The notes below the pieces were generated by a model. That model was not told the DNA's origin. It made no database searches and worked only from the letters and a program-made list of their open reading frames with translations. Shown here in pieces: positions 37,662 to 47,380 of a DNA stretch of 64,000 bases. The stretch lies in assembly GCA_964478155.1 (NCBI GenBank), contig CAYZGT010000001.1, positions 83,557-147,556 of the forward strand, written 5' to 3'. Every line of letters starts with the position of its first letter. The first letter of the stretch is position 1. Position numbers and translations under genes: made by a program. The stretch is from an uncultured Simplicispira sp. (GTDB lineage: Bacteria; Pseudomonadota; Gammaproteobacteria; Burkholderiales; Burkholderiaceae_C).

Positions 37662-39074
37662 ATGTCCACGGACGAAGCGCAGCGCATGCTCAAACGCCAC
37701 GCCGATCTTCTGGTCCGCGGCACCCGGGTATGGACACCGAACGGGCCGGAGCAGATCGACGTGGCATGCCTTGGGGGCCGCATCGTGTCGCTAGGGGCTG
37801 CTGGGTGGAGCGCCTCGGCGGTGATCGAGGCGGCGGGATTGGATGTGCTGCCTGGGGTCATCGACAGCCAGGTGCATTTTCGCGAGCCAGGCCTGACGCA
37901 CAAGGAAGACCTAGAGAGTGGCACCCGCGGCGCGGTGTTGGGCGGCGTGACGACCATCTTCGAAATGCCCAATACGCACCCGCTGACGCTGGCATCTTCC
38001 GATTTGGAGGCAAAGGTCGCGGCGGCGCAGGGGCGTGCCTGGTGCGATTTTGCGTTCTACATTGGCGGCTCCGCGGCGAATGCGGAAAAGCTCGGGGAAC
38101 TCGAGAACCTCCCCGGCTGCGCTGGCGTGAAGGTATTCATGGGCAGTTCCTTTGGCGAGTTGCTTGCAGACGAGGACGATGTCTTGCGGCGCATCCTGCG
38201 CAGCGGCCAGCGCCGGCTGGCGGTACACGCCGAGGACGAGGCACGCCTGCGCGCACGCCAGCCGATGGTGGAGGCGCTCGGCATGGTGCGGGACCATCCG
38301 GTCTGGCGCGACGTGGAGAGCGCCCTTGGGGCCACGCGCTGCATCATCTCTCTGGCCGCGGAAACCCGTCGCCGATTGCATCTGCTCCATGTCTCGACAT
38401 CCGAGGAGATGGCGCTGCTGGCACAGCACAAGGCCCGCGTCTCGGTCGAAGTGCTGCCTCATCACCTGACGCTGAGCGCGCCGGGGTGCTACGAGCGCCT
38501 GGGCACGCTGGCACAGATGAACCCGCCGATCCGTCGGCAGCACCATCAGGATGCGCTGTGGCGCGCGGTGCGCGAGGGCATTGTGGACGTACTGGGCAGC
38601 GACCATGCACCCCACACGCTGGCCGAGAAAGCGCAGCCCTATCCCCGGTCGCCCAGCGGCATGACCGGAGTGCAAACGTTGCTGCCTATCATGCTTGACC
38701 ATGTCCATGCGGGCCGCCTGAGCCTGCAGCGCCTGGTCGACCTGACCAGCGCAGGGCCCGCACGCGTGTTCGGCATTGAATCCAAGGGCCGCATTGCGGT
38801 TGGCTACGATGCCGACCTTGCTTTGGTCGATCTGCGCGCAAAACGCGAGATTCAGAACCGCTGGATCGTGAGCAAAGCAGGTTGGACCCCCTATGACGGA
38901 GTCCGCGTCACAGGCTGGCCTGTGGGCACGATTCTGCGGGGCCAAGTGGTGGTGCGCGATGAGGAGCTCATCGGACGACCGCATGGGGCGGCCGTGCGGT
39001 TTCTCGAAGCGTCGCCGCGCAAATTCACAACCATAGACAGACACGATATCCACGACGCAAAGGCATTCCCATGA
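37662..39074 (+). CDS. Dihydroorotase paralog (PyrC2/PyrQ-type amidohydrolase)
   Basis: DSQVHFREPG, EMPNT, KVFMGSS, MNPPIR, GSDHAPH; AAGGAG before ATG 37662 (in-frame ATGs also at 37644 and 37647). Confidence 0.9.
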   Translation: MSTDEAQRMLKRHADLLVRGTRVWTPNGPEQIDVACLGGRIVSLGAAGWSASAVIEAAGLDVLPGVIDSQVHFREPGLTHKEDLESGTRGAVLGGVTTIFEMPNTHPLTLASSDLEAKVAAAQGRAWCDFAFYIGGSAANAEKLGELENLPGCAGVKVFMGSSFGELLADEDDVLRRILRSGQRRLAVHAEDEARLRARQPMVEALGMVRDHPVWRDVESALGATRCIISLAAETRRRLHLLHVSTSEEMALLAQHKARVSVEVLPHHLTLSAPGCYERLGTLAQMNPPIRRQHHQDALWRAVREGIVDVLGSDHAPHTLAEKAQPYPRSPSGMTGVQTLLPIMLDHVHAGRLSLQRLVDLTSAGPARVFGIESKGRIAVGYDADLALVDLRAKREIQNRWIVSKAGWTPYDGVRVTGWPVGTILRGQVVVRDEELIGRPHGAAVRFLEASPRKFTTIDRHDIHDAKAFP

Positions 39075-39089
39075 CCCAGCCCGCACAAC

Positions 39090-39436
39090 TGCGGCATGCC
39101 GGTACCCGACTACAGCACCCTGTGCAGATGCCAGCTGGGACTGGATGTGCAAGTGCCTTACCAGCGCAGTGCAGCCGGACTACATCTGTTGGTCGATTCC
39201 ATGGGCATCAAGTTTCTGGGCGAGGGTGCATGGACATGCAAAAAGCACGGCCCAGACCATATAGATTCGAGCCATTTGCGTCACTTCCAACGACATCCGT
39301 CATGCGGCGGCGGTGCCCGACTTACTGGCGCAAGACATGGAAAGTCTGGAGTGGCTACCACCAGCGCAGTTTGGTGGAATTTTGAACCGATTCACTGAAC
39401 TGGGTCGTCCTCAGACGGGCTTGATGCAACAACGCC
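39090..39436 (+). mobile_element. IS5-family (IS903-group) remnant with right IR
   Basis: Fragments VPDYSTLCR, LLVDS.GIKFLGEG, WK.WSGYH.RSLVE, RFTELGRPQT; terminal TTGATGCAACAACGCC at 39421-39436. Confidence 0.85.
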
Positions 39437-40129
39437 CTACGGCACAAAACGGTAACCCACACCAGTCTCGGTGAGCAAATGCTCTGGTATAGAGGGATTT
39501 TTCTCGATTTTCTTCCTTAAATTCCCCATATGTACACGGACATAATGTGTATCTTCCATGTGCCCTGGCCCCCATAAGAATTGTAATAACTGCCGGTGTG
39601 TTATTACCCGATCTGGCTGAGAAGCCAAATGGGTGAGAAGTTTATATTCTATAGGGGTGAGGTGTAATGGTTTCTCATCACAAGCTACTACGCGCCGTGC
39701 CAAATCAATGGTGATGTGACCAAAACGGATCGTGGAACTGCCATCAACGGTCTGCTTCTGGCTGCGGCGCAATTGGGCGCGGACTCTGGCCATCAGTTCA
39801 CCCGTACTAAATGGCTTGACAAGATAATCATCGGCCCCAACATCCAAGGCACGAATTTTTTCATCCTCATTGCTTCGGGCAGACAGAATAATCACAGGTG
39901 CCGCAGACCATTGACGCAGTTCTTTGATGAGATTGACACCATCACCATCTGGCAACCCAAGATCGACCACTAACAAATCAGGACGGCGTGTAGCTGCTTC
40001 AATCAGACCACGCCGTAAAGTGTCGGCCTCGTGGACGGTATATCCTTCTGCTTGCAAGGTCAGGCGCAGGAAACGCCGTATTTCCACTTCATCTTCTACG
40101 ATAAGAATGTGGGTCGTGATCAGGTTCAT
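39437..40129 (-). CDS. kdpE: Response regulator KdpE
   Basis: DLGLPDGDG, GADDYL.KPF, HLTPIEY, TETGVGYRF. Confidence 0.95.
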   Translation of the reverse strand: MNLITTHILIVEDEVEIRRFLRLTLQAEGYTVHEADTLRRGLIEAATRRPDLLVVDLGLPDGDGVNLIKELRQWSAAPVIILSARSNEDEKIRALDVGADDYLVKPFSTGELMARVRAQLRRSQKQTVDGSSTIRFGHITIDLARRVVACDEKPLHLTPIEYKLLTHLASQPDRVITHRQLLQFLWGPGHMEDTHYVRVHMGNLRKKIEKNPSIPEHLLTETGVGYRFVP

Positions 40130-42834
40130 GGTGTACTTGTGCCATCATCTTGCGGCGGATTACCACAGGGCAGTCCGATGGTAAAACGTGCGCCCATTAT
40201 TTTATGGTCTTCATGTCGATTATGGCCGGTAATATGGCCTCCGTGGGCATTAATAATGGCACGGCAAATGGCCAATCCTAGCCCTACACCGGGGGTGGTT
40301 GCTTCGCGCTGGCCGCGTTCAAATTTATCAAACAACAACTCTTCTTTTCCTGGGGGTAGCCCTGGGCCATTATCGTCAATATCAATCACCACCTCACCAC
40401 CCTTGAGCTTGGCATCAATCGTGACTGGGCTGCCCTCAGGGGTGTATTTGGCAATGTTCTCTAGCAGATTGACCCAGACCCGCTCCATCAGCACGGAGTC
40501 TAAGTACAGTAATGGCAAATCTTCTGCCAGATGAATTTGAATAGGCCGCCCTGCCATGATGGCGGCACAGGCGGTCAGGGCGCTGCCGATCACTTCGTCC
40601 AAGGGCTGCCAAGCACGGTGGAGTTGGACAGTGCCCCCTTGCAGTCTGGCCATATCCAGCAGATTATTGACCAGCGCACTCATGCGCAAAGCCGCATTTT
40701 TGATCGATTCCACGATGTCACGCTGCGCCCGCTCTAAAACCGGCAGCATTATGAGCAACGCCTCTGACAGACCAACCAATGAGGCCAAAGGGGTTCTCAG
40801 GTCATGAGAAATGGCCGATAGCAGGGAGTTGCGCAAGCGTTCGGATTCGATCTGTACGGTGCTTTTTTGTGCCATCTCGATGTAGTGAATTCGCTCCAGT
40901 GAAATCGCCAACAGAGAAGCGCAGGTGTCCAGGAGTCGCCGCTGTTCAGGCCCCAGCAACCGGGGATCGCTTAGCTCCAGTGCCAACACCCCCCGCACCC
41001 GCATCGGGGCTTTGAGTGGCAACACCAGACAACTGGTGGAAGGCAGGGTATCGGTTCCTAAACCGGCGGCCTCGGCACGATCAAACGCCCACTGCGCCAC
41101 GCCCATATCGACGGTGGCATTGCCGCCCGGAAGGGCTTCTAGGCGATCTTGTTCGTCTGCGGCCAACAGCGTCGAGCGGGCTTGAAACTCAGAGGCCAGA
41201 AAACGGGCACCAATCTCGGCCACCTGTTCTGAGAGGAGCGCCGCCGACAGGTCGCGGGACATCTCATACAGACTTCGTACCCGGTGCTCACGCTGGGTGG
41301 CGGCCTCGGCCTGAACCTTCAGGCCCGCCGTGAGTTGGCCTATCACCAGTGCCACCACCAACATCACGCCAAAAGTGACGAGATACTGAACATCACTGAC
41401 GGCGAACGAAAAGCGTGGGGGGACAAAAAAGAAGTCAAACAACAATACCCCCAGAAAAGCAGCCAGCACTGCAGGCCCACGGCCCAAACGTAAACCAACG
41501 CCCACCACCGCCAGCAGGAACAGCATGACGATATTGCTCAATTCGAGCACATTGCTCAATGGAGTGATCAGTAACGCCACCATGACACAAGCCATAGCGG
41601 CTGCCGCATAATCTGACCACACAATCGGGGCCTCTAGCACCCGCAGCTTCTGCTCTGGAGGCTGGGCGCGGCCTGCCCCCTGTGGCAGGGCAACCTGCAA
41701 CACGTCCAGATCGTCGGCCCGTTGTATCACGGCATCTACCAAAGGCCGCTGCCAAGGCCAGCGTCGGTGGCTGCGGCGGCCCAACACCAAGCGCACCAAG
41801 TTTTGTTCTCGGGCATAACGCACCAAAGCAGCGGCAGTATCGGCATGAGAGACTGTGGCCGTAGTGGCCCCCAACTCTTGGGCCAATTTGAGTACCCGCA
41901 GTGCTTGCTCGTGCTCTTTGTCGATGCCCTTGTGCTGCGCCAGTGACTCCACATGCAAGGCATGCCAAGGCACGTTTAACTGTGCGGCCATCCGTGCGCA
42001 GGTGCGCACCACTTTTTCGTCTTCAAGCCCTAGCCCGACACAAGCCAACAACGCCTCGCGGTTGGGCCACACGGGCTTGACTGAACTGGCACGACGATAG
42101 GCGCGCATCTCATCGTCCACCCGGTCAGCAGTGCGCCGCAATGCCAGTTCACGCAGGGCCAATAAATTGCCTTTGCGGAAAAAGTTGGCTGCCGCCTGTT
42201 CTGCCTGCTGCGGCAAATACACCTTACCCGCCTTGAGGCGTTGCAGCAATTCATCAGGGGGCAGATCTACCACCACTACTTCATCGGCAGCGTCAAAAAG
42301 ACGATCCGGCACGGTCTCCCACACCCTGATGCCGGTGATACCACTGACAATATCGTTCAAGCTCTCTAGGTGCTGCACGTTCATCGTGGACCAGACATCA
42401 ATGCCTGCTTCCAGCAGTTCCTCTGCGTCTTGCCAACGTTTGGGGTGCCGGGAACCAGCCACATTGCTGTGGGCCAGCTCATCGAGTAACACCAACGCTT
42501 GGGGCTGCCCAACACCAAACGCGAGGGCCGCATCCAGATCAAATTCTGACAGCACCCGATCCCGGTACGATACCTGACGCAATGGCAGGCGGGGCAGATG
42601 CTCGGCCATGACTTCGGTGTCTAGACGACCGTGGGTTTCCACTACACCGATGATGACGGGTATCCCCTCGACCTTGGCGGCATGGGCTGCCGCCAACATG
42701 GCATAGGTTTTTCCGACCCCGGCATTGGCACCAAAGAAGATCTTGAGTCGCCCCCGATGGGCCTGCCCCTCTTCCTGCTGCATCTGGGCCAGCAGGGCAT
42801 CGGGGTCTGGGCGCTGTTCCTCCATGACGGGCAT
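40126..42834 (-). CDS. kdpD: Sensor kinase KdpD
   Basis: RPDPDALL, GVGKTYAML, DELAH, Usp domain, 4 TM, SHDLRTPL. Confidence 0.96.
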   Translation of the reverse strand: MPVMEEQRPDPDALLAQMQQEEGQAHRGRLKIFFGANAGVGKTYAMLAAAHAAKVEGIPVIIGVVETHGRLDTEVMAEHLPRLPLRQVSYRDRVLSEFDLDAALAFGVGQPQALVLLDELAHSNVAGSRHPKRWQDAEELLEAGIDVWSTMNVQHLESLNDIVSGITGIRVWETVPDRLFDAADEVVVVDLPPDELLQRLKAGKVYLPQQAEQAAANFFRKGNLLALRELALRRTADRVDDEMRAYRRASSVKPVWPNREALLACVGLGLEDEKVVRTCARMAAQLNVPWHALHVESLAQHKGIDKEHEQALRVLKLAQELGATTATVSHADTAAALVRYAREQNLVRLVLGRRSHRRWPWQRPLVDAVIQRADDLDVLQVALPQGAGRAQPPEQKLRVLEAPIVWSDYAAAAMACVMVALLITPLSNVLELSNIVMLFLLAVVGVGLRLGRGPAVLAAFLGVLLFDFFFVPPRFSFAVSDVQYLVTFGVMLVVALVIGQLTAGLKVQAEAATQREHRVRSLYEMSRDLSAALLSEQVAEIGARFLASEFQARSTLLAADEQDRLEALPGGNATVDMGVAQWAFDRAEAAGLGTDTLPSTSCLVLPLKAPMRVRGVLALELSDPRLLGPEQRRLLDTCASLLAISLERIHYIEMAQKSTVQIESERLRNSLLSAISHDLRTPLASLVGLSEALLIMLPVLERAQRDIVESIKNAALRMSALVNNLLDMARLQGGTVQLHRAWQPLDEVIGSALTACAAIMAGRPIQIHLAEDLPLLYLDSVLMERVWVNLLENIAKYTPEGSPVTIDAKLKGGEVVIDIDDNGPGLPPGKEELLFDKFERGQREATTPGVGLGLAICRAIINAHGGHITGHNRHEDHKIMGARFTIGLPCGNPPQDDGTSTP

Positions 42835-42836
42835 GG

Positions 42837-43802
42837 TTACAACCAACCAATACGCCTAAAGCGCCAATACAGCACACTGGCCGCACTGAAAATAATGAGC
42901 AAGGCCGCTGGGTAGCCATACTCCCACTTTAATTCAGGCATTTTTTCAAAATTCATGCCCCAAATACCAGCCAAGGCGGTAGAAACGGCAAAGATGGCGG
43001 CCCAAGCTGCCAGTTTTTTGGTGGTTTCAGACTCTTCAATCGTCACCATAGACAGGTTCACCTGAATCGCCGTAGCGATGGTTTCACGAATGGAGTCAAT
43101 CGTAGAGTTGATCCGCATCAGATGGTCGTGGACATCGCGGAAATACTCTTGTGTCCCAGAAAATACTACTGGTACTCGACCTCCATGCAGTTTTCCAGTA
43201 ACTTCGAGCAGCGGAGAAACCGCATGACGCATCGTGGTAGCACGGTGTTTAAGTGCGTACAAGCGTTCGATATTGCCCCGTCCTGCATTGCGCTCAAAAA
43301 TCCGGGATTCAATATCATCCAACTCCGTCTCAATCGCATCCAACAGCGGAAAATAGCGGTCTACTACCGCGTCCATCAGTGCATAACAGACAAAACCAGC
43401 GCCATGCTGCAATAAATCTGGCTCCCGTTCACAGCGTCCACGCACCCCCAGAAAGTTCTGCTGGCTGCTATTGCGTACAGACAGGACGAAGTTGGTGCCC
43501 ACAAAAATAGCGACTTCTCCCACTTGTACCTGCTCTTGCTGGATTTCCAGCAACTGCATCACAATAAAAACGATACCGCCATACTCTTCCATCTTGGGGC
43601 GTTGGTGTCCATTGCGTGCATCTTCCACCGCTAGCTCATGCAGTCCAAATTCTTCCTGCATCTGTTGTAATTCAGCATGGGTGGCATCACGCAAGGCTAC
43701 CCAGACAAAACATTCGGGTTTCTGTACCCAGATAGAAATGTCTTCGGTGGAGATGTCTGCCAGTTTTTTCCCTTGGTGGTAGGCTACGCAATTAATCAGC
43801 AT
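42837..43802 (-). CDS. corA: CorA-family Mg/Co transporter
   Basis: LHELAVED, QRPKMEEY, YFRDVHDH, GMNF..MPEL. Confidence 0.93.
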   Translation of the reverse strand: MLINCVAYHQGKKLADISTEDISIWVQKPECFVWVALRDATHAELQQMQEEFGLHELAVEDARNGHQRPKMEEYGGIVFIVMQLLEIQQEQVQVGEVAIFVGTNFVLSVRNSSQQNFLGVRGRCEREPDLLQHGAGFVCYALMDAVVDRYFPLLDAIETELDDIESRIFERNAGRGNIERLYALKHRATTMRHAVSPLLEVTGKLHGGRVPVVFSGTQEYFRDVHDHLMRINSTIDSIRETIATAIQVNLSMVTIEESETTKKLAAWAAIFAVSTALAGIWGMNFEKMPELKWEYGYPAALLIIFSAASVLYWRFRRIGWL

Positions 43803-43817
43803 GGAGTCTCCTCTGGA

Positions 43818-43943
43818 TTAGAGCTTTTTAGGATGTCCTTGTAGAGGCTTGCGTGGCGTTTGGCGTCGCACTAACCATGCAGCACATAGGGCGGGCAAAA
43901 GAACTGTACCCAAGCCCAACAGTAGACCCCAGAAGTCTGCCAT
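43818..43943 (-). CDS. Candidate 41-aa single-TM peptide
   Basis: MADFWGLLLGLGTVLLPALCAAWLVRRQTPRKPLQGHPKKL*; fills the kdpC-corA gap; hydrophobic helix with a basic tail. Confidence 0.5.
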   Translation of the reverse strand: MADFWGLLLGLGTVLLPALCAAWLVRRQTPRKPLQGHPKKL

Positions 43944-43952
43944 GGTCACTGG

Positions 43953-44570
43953 TCAATGTGTGCCTTGGGCATCCAGTGCTAAATTGAGTGGCAGCACATG
44001 GACACGGGGTTCCCCCAAAAAACCCAGCCAAGGGCCTTGTGTGTGCTGCGCCACCAGTGCTTGCACTTGGGCTGGCGAAAGGCTTCGTGCCCGTGCTACC
44101 CGATTAACCTGAAACTCGGCAGCGGCGACACTGATATCTGGATCTAGCCCACTGGCCGATGCGGTGACCAGATCAACAGGAACCGGCTGGTGATTACCCG
44201 GATCGGCAGCGCGCAAGGCAGCTATGCGGGTTTTGACCACCTCAGCCAAGTTGGGATTGGACGGCCCCAGATTCGACCCACCCGACGCTGCTGCGTTATA
44301 AGCCATCGGAGCAGTGGCCGATGGCCGCCCCCAAAAGTAGTGGGGGGCACTGAAGTTTTGCCCGATCAAGGGAGAGCCAACCACCTGGTCACGCACTTGG
44401 ATCAGGCTGCCGTTGGCCGCATGTGGCAACAGCAGTTGCGCAAGGCCAGTCACGGCCAATGGGTAGATCAACCCTGTTACCAGCGACAGTACGGCAAAGA
44501 GGGTGAGTGCAGGCCGCAGGATGCCTGGGGCTGTATCAGTGCTTGTTGGAGCCATGGATTGGGATGTCAT
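43953..44570 (-). CDS. kdpC: K+-transporting ATPase subunit C
   Basis: [27 protein letters not shown]. Confidence 0.96.
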   Translation of the reverse strand: MTSQSMAPTSTDTAPGILRPALTLFAVLSLVTGLIYPLAVTGLAQLLLPHAANGSLIQVRDQVVGSPLIGQNFSAPHYFWGRPSATAPMAYNAAASGGSNLGPSNPNLAEVVKTRIAALRAADPGNHQPVPVDLVTASASGLDPDISVAAAEFQVNRVARARSLSPAQVQALVAQHTQGPWLGFLGEPRVHVLPLNLALDAQGTH

Positions 44571-44584
44571 GAATGCCTCTTCGA

Positions 44585-45289
44585 TCAGAAATTGATCTTG
44601 GTGCCCACCACAAGGCGGCCTTTGCCCAAGTTCCTACCATCGGTTGCCTTGTAAGCATGGCTATCGGTGCCCAGCCATGTGGCACTGAGCAATACGCCGT
44701 GAACATCCTTGGTGAAAGTTAGCGCATAGTCAGCGTAGGAGTAGGTGCCGTTGTTGCGCACGATCTGGCGGCCCATGTGGGGTGTCAGCGTCATGCCATC
44801 ACCCAAGTCGAGCGTGGCACTCAGATCAAGATAGCCGCTGCCACGGCTGTGATCAAAACCAAACAGATTGGTGGTGCTGTGGAAGTACTTGGCGCTGAAC
44901 ACGCCCATGCTGACTCCTCCATAGACTTCAGTGCTGTTGGGGTTCGTCGAGAGGCCAGCAGAGAAATATTGGTAACGCAGTACACCAAGGTCGTAGCCCA
45001 AGCCGGGCGAGAGTTCACCCTTGTAGCCTCCGTAAAAGTCAAACTCTAAGGGAGTGTCACCACCAGAATTCTTGACCCAGCGGATAGTGGATGCCCAAGT
45101 TCCCAGATAAAGGCCACCATTGCTGAAATCAGCACCCGCCTGAGCAGCGGGTTGCCAATGGGTCTGGGACAAACCACGATAACGATAATCACTGACCACA
45201 CTGGCATTGAAAGTGAGCTCAGCATGGGCCATCATGGGTTGTGTCAGTGCAGCCACAGCCACGGACAAACAAGATACGATTTTTTTCAT
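44585..45289 (-). CDS. TorF/Gcw_chp-family putative outer-membrane porin
   Basis: Signal peptide, [27 protein letters not shown]-terminal F. Confidence 0.85.
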   Translation of the reverse strand: MKKIVSCLSVAVAALTQPMMAHAELTFNASVVSDYRYRGLSQTHWQPAAQAGADFSNGGLYLGTWASTIRWVKNSGGDTPLEFDFYGGYKGELSPGLGYDLGVLRYQYFSAGLSTNPNSTEVYGGVSMGVFSAKYFHSTTNLFGFDHSRGSGYLDLSATLDLGDGMTLTPHMGRQIVRNNGTYSYADYALTFTKDVHGVLLSATWLGTDSHAYKATDGRNLGKGRLVVGTKINF

Positions 45290-45313
45290 GGGAGAAATCC
45301 GAGAAGGTTTGTT

Positions 45314-47380
45314 TTAGGCCAGACCAACGATGGTCAATGCCATATCAATCAGCTTGATGCCGACAAAGGGAACGATCATGCCACCCAAACCGTAGATCGC
45401 CAGATTGCGCCGCAACAGCACTGCCGCGCCCACCGCACGGTATGGCACGCCCTGAAGCGCCAGTGGAATCAGAAAAATAATGATCAGGGCATTAAAAATC
45501 ACTGCTGACAGGATGGCCGAACTGGAACTGCTCAGTTGCATGACGTTCAATGCAGACAACTGGGGATAGGTGCCGACAAAGGCGGCGGGCACGATGGCAA
45601 AGTATTTGGCTACATCGTTGGCAATGCTGAACGTGGTCAGGGAGCCGCGCGTCATGAGCATTTGCTTGCCCGTCTCGACAATCTCGATCAGCTTGGTGGG
45701 ATTGCTGTCGAGATCGACCATATTGCCCGCCTCTTTGGCCGCTTGGGTGCCGGTGTTCATGGCGACCGCCACATCGGCTTGGGCCAGTGCGGGGGCATCG
45801 TTGGTGCCATCGCCGGTCATGGCGACCAACCGACCGGCACTCTGGTAGTCACGGATCAGCTTGAGCTTGGCCTCGGGCGTGGCCTCAGCCAGAAAGTCGT
45901 CTACCCCGGCTTCTGCGGCAATGGCTGCTGCCGTCAGGCGGTTGTCCCCCGTCACCATCACGGTCTTGATGCCCATGCGGCGCAATTCGGCAAACCGTTC
46001 TTTGATGCCTCCCTTGACAATGTCCTTCAACTCTACGATGCCCAGCACCTGACTGCCATCAGCCACTACCAACGGGGTACTGCCCCGGCGTGAGACATCA
46101 TCCACCAGCGCTTGCAAGGCGGCTGGAAAGTGCCCCCCCAGCGCTTCCACATAGTTGCGGATGGCCAAGGCGGCTCCCTTGCGCAAGCTGCGTCCACCGG
46201 CCATATCGACGCCACTCATCCGGGTTTGGGCGGTAAAGTGAACAAACTGCGCCTCTAACGCGGTGATATCGCGCTCGCGCAACTGAAACTTCTGTTTGGC
46301 TAGCACCACAATGCTGCGCCCCTCCGGGGTCTCGTCTGCCAAGGAGGCCAACTGGGCAGCATCGGCCAGATCAACCTCTTTGATGCCCGGTGCTGGCAGG
46401 AAGGCACTGGCTTGGCGGTTGCCCAAGGTGATGGTGCCGGTTTTGTCCAGCAGCAGCACATCGACATCGCCCGCTGCTTCTACCGCCCGCCCAGAGGTGG
46501 CAATCACGTTGGCCTGCATCATGCGGCTCATGCCCGCTACCCCGATGGCACTGAGCAATCCGGCAATCGTGGTGGGGATCAGGCAGACCAGCAAAGCCAC
46601 CAGCACCACCAGACCGACCGGCTCCCCAGCACCACTGGCATGGACAGAAAACTGCGAAAAAGGCAGCAAGGTGACAACGACACCCAAGAACACGATGGTC
46701 AGTGCCACCAGCAAAATGGTGAGTGCGATCTCGTTGGGTGTTTTTTGCCGTTTGGCGTTCTCCACCATAGCGATCATCCGATCGACAAAGGTCTCCCCTG
46801 GATTGACGGTGATACGGGCCACAATCCAATCGGAAAGCACTTGGGTGCCGCCGGTGATGGCACTGAAGTCGCCCCCGGACTCGCGAATCACCGGGGCCGA
46901 TTCGCCCGTAATGGCACTTTCGTCCACTGAAGCCACCCCAGCAATGACCTCCCCGTCGGCGGGGATGGTGTCTCCAGCCTCGATCAGCACCAGATCACCA
47001 CGGCGCAGCATGTCGGCCTCTAGCGGCAGCCATTGCATTTGTGCGCGCGCCATGTCGGGGCGGGAATCAGCATCGAGCTTCTTGGCCCAGGTTTTCTTCT
47101 TGAGGCCCCGCAATGACGCTGCCTGCGCCTTGCTGCGGCCTTCGGCCAAAGCCTCGGCAAAATTGGCAAACAAAACGGTAAACCACAGCCACAAGGCTAC
47201 AGCCACCGTGAACAGCGTAGGATCACCTAACGCCAAGGCGGTGGTGAAGGCACTGCCCACATAAACAACAAACATCACGGGGTTGCGCCACTGGACTCGG
47301 GGATCGAGCTTCTTGACGGCATCCCATAACGCAGGGCGCATGAGAGCAGGGTCTAACAGGGTAAGCTTTTTGCGGGTCAT
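45314..47380 (-). CDS. kdpB: K+-transporting ATPase subunit B
   Basis: TGES, IPTTI, DKTGT, GDGTND. Confidence 0.97.
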   Translation of the reverse strand: MTRKKLTLLDPALMRPALWDAVKKLDPRVQWRNPVMFVVYVGSAFTTALALGDPTLFTVAVALWLWFTVLFANFAEALAEGRSKAQAASLRGLKKKTWAKKLDADSRPDMARAQMQWLPLEADMLRRGDLVLIEAGDTIPADGEVIAGVASVDESAITGESAPVIRESGGDFSAITGGTQVLSDWIVARITVNPGETFVDRMIAMVENAKRQKTPNEIALTILLVALTIVFLGVVVTLLPFSQFSVHASGAGEPVGLVVLVALLVCLIPTTIAGLLSAIGVAGMSRMMQANVIATSGRAVEAAGDVDVLLLDKTGTITLGNRQASAFLPAPGIKEVDLADAAQLASLADETPEGRSIVVLAKQKFQLRERDITALEAQFVHFTAQTRMSGVDMAGGRSLRKGAALAIRNYVEALGGHFPAALQALVDDVSRRGSTPLVVADGSQVLGIVELKDIVKGGIKERFAELRRMGIKTVMVTGDNRLTAAAIAAEAGVDDFLAEATPEAKLKLIRDYQSAGRLVAMTGDGTNDAPALAQADVAVAMNTGTQAAKEAGNMVDLDSNPTKLIEIVETGKQMLMTRGSLTTFSIANDVAKYFAIVPAAFVGTYPQLSALNVMQLSSSSSAILSAVIFNALIIIFLIPLALQGVPYRAVGAAVLLRRNLAIYGLGGMIVPFVGIKLIDMALTIVGLA

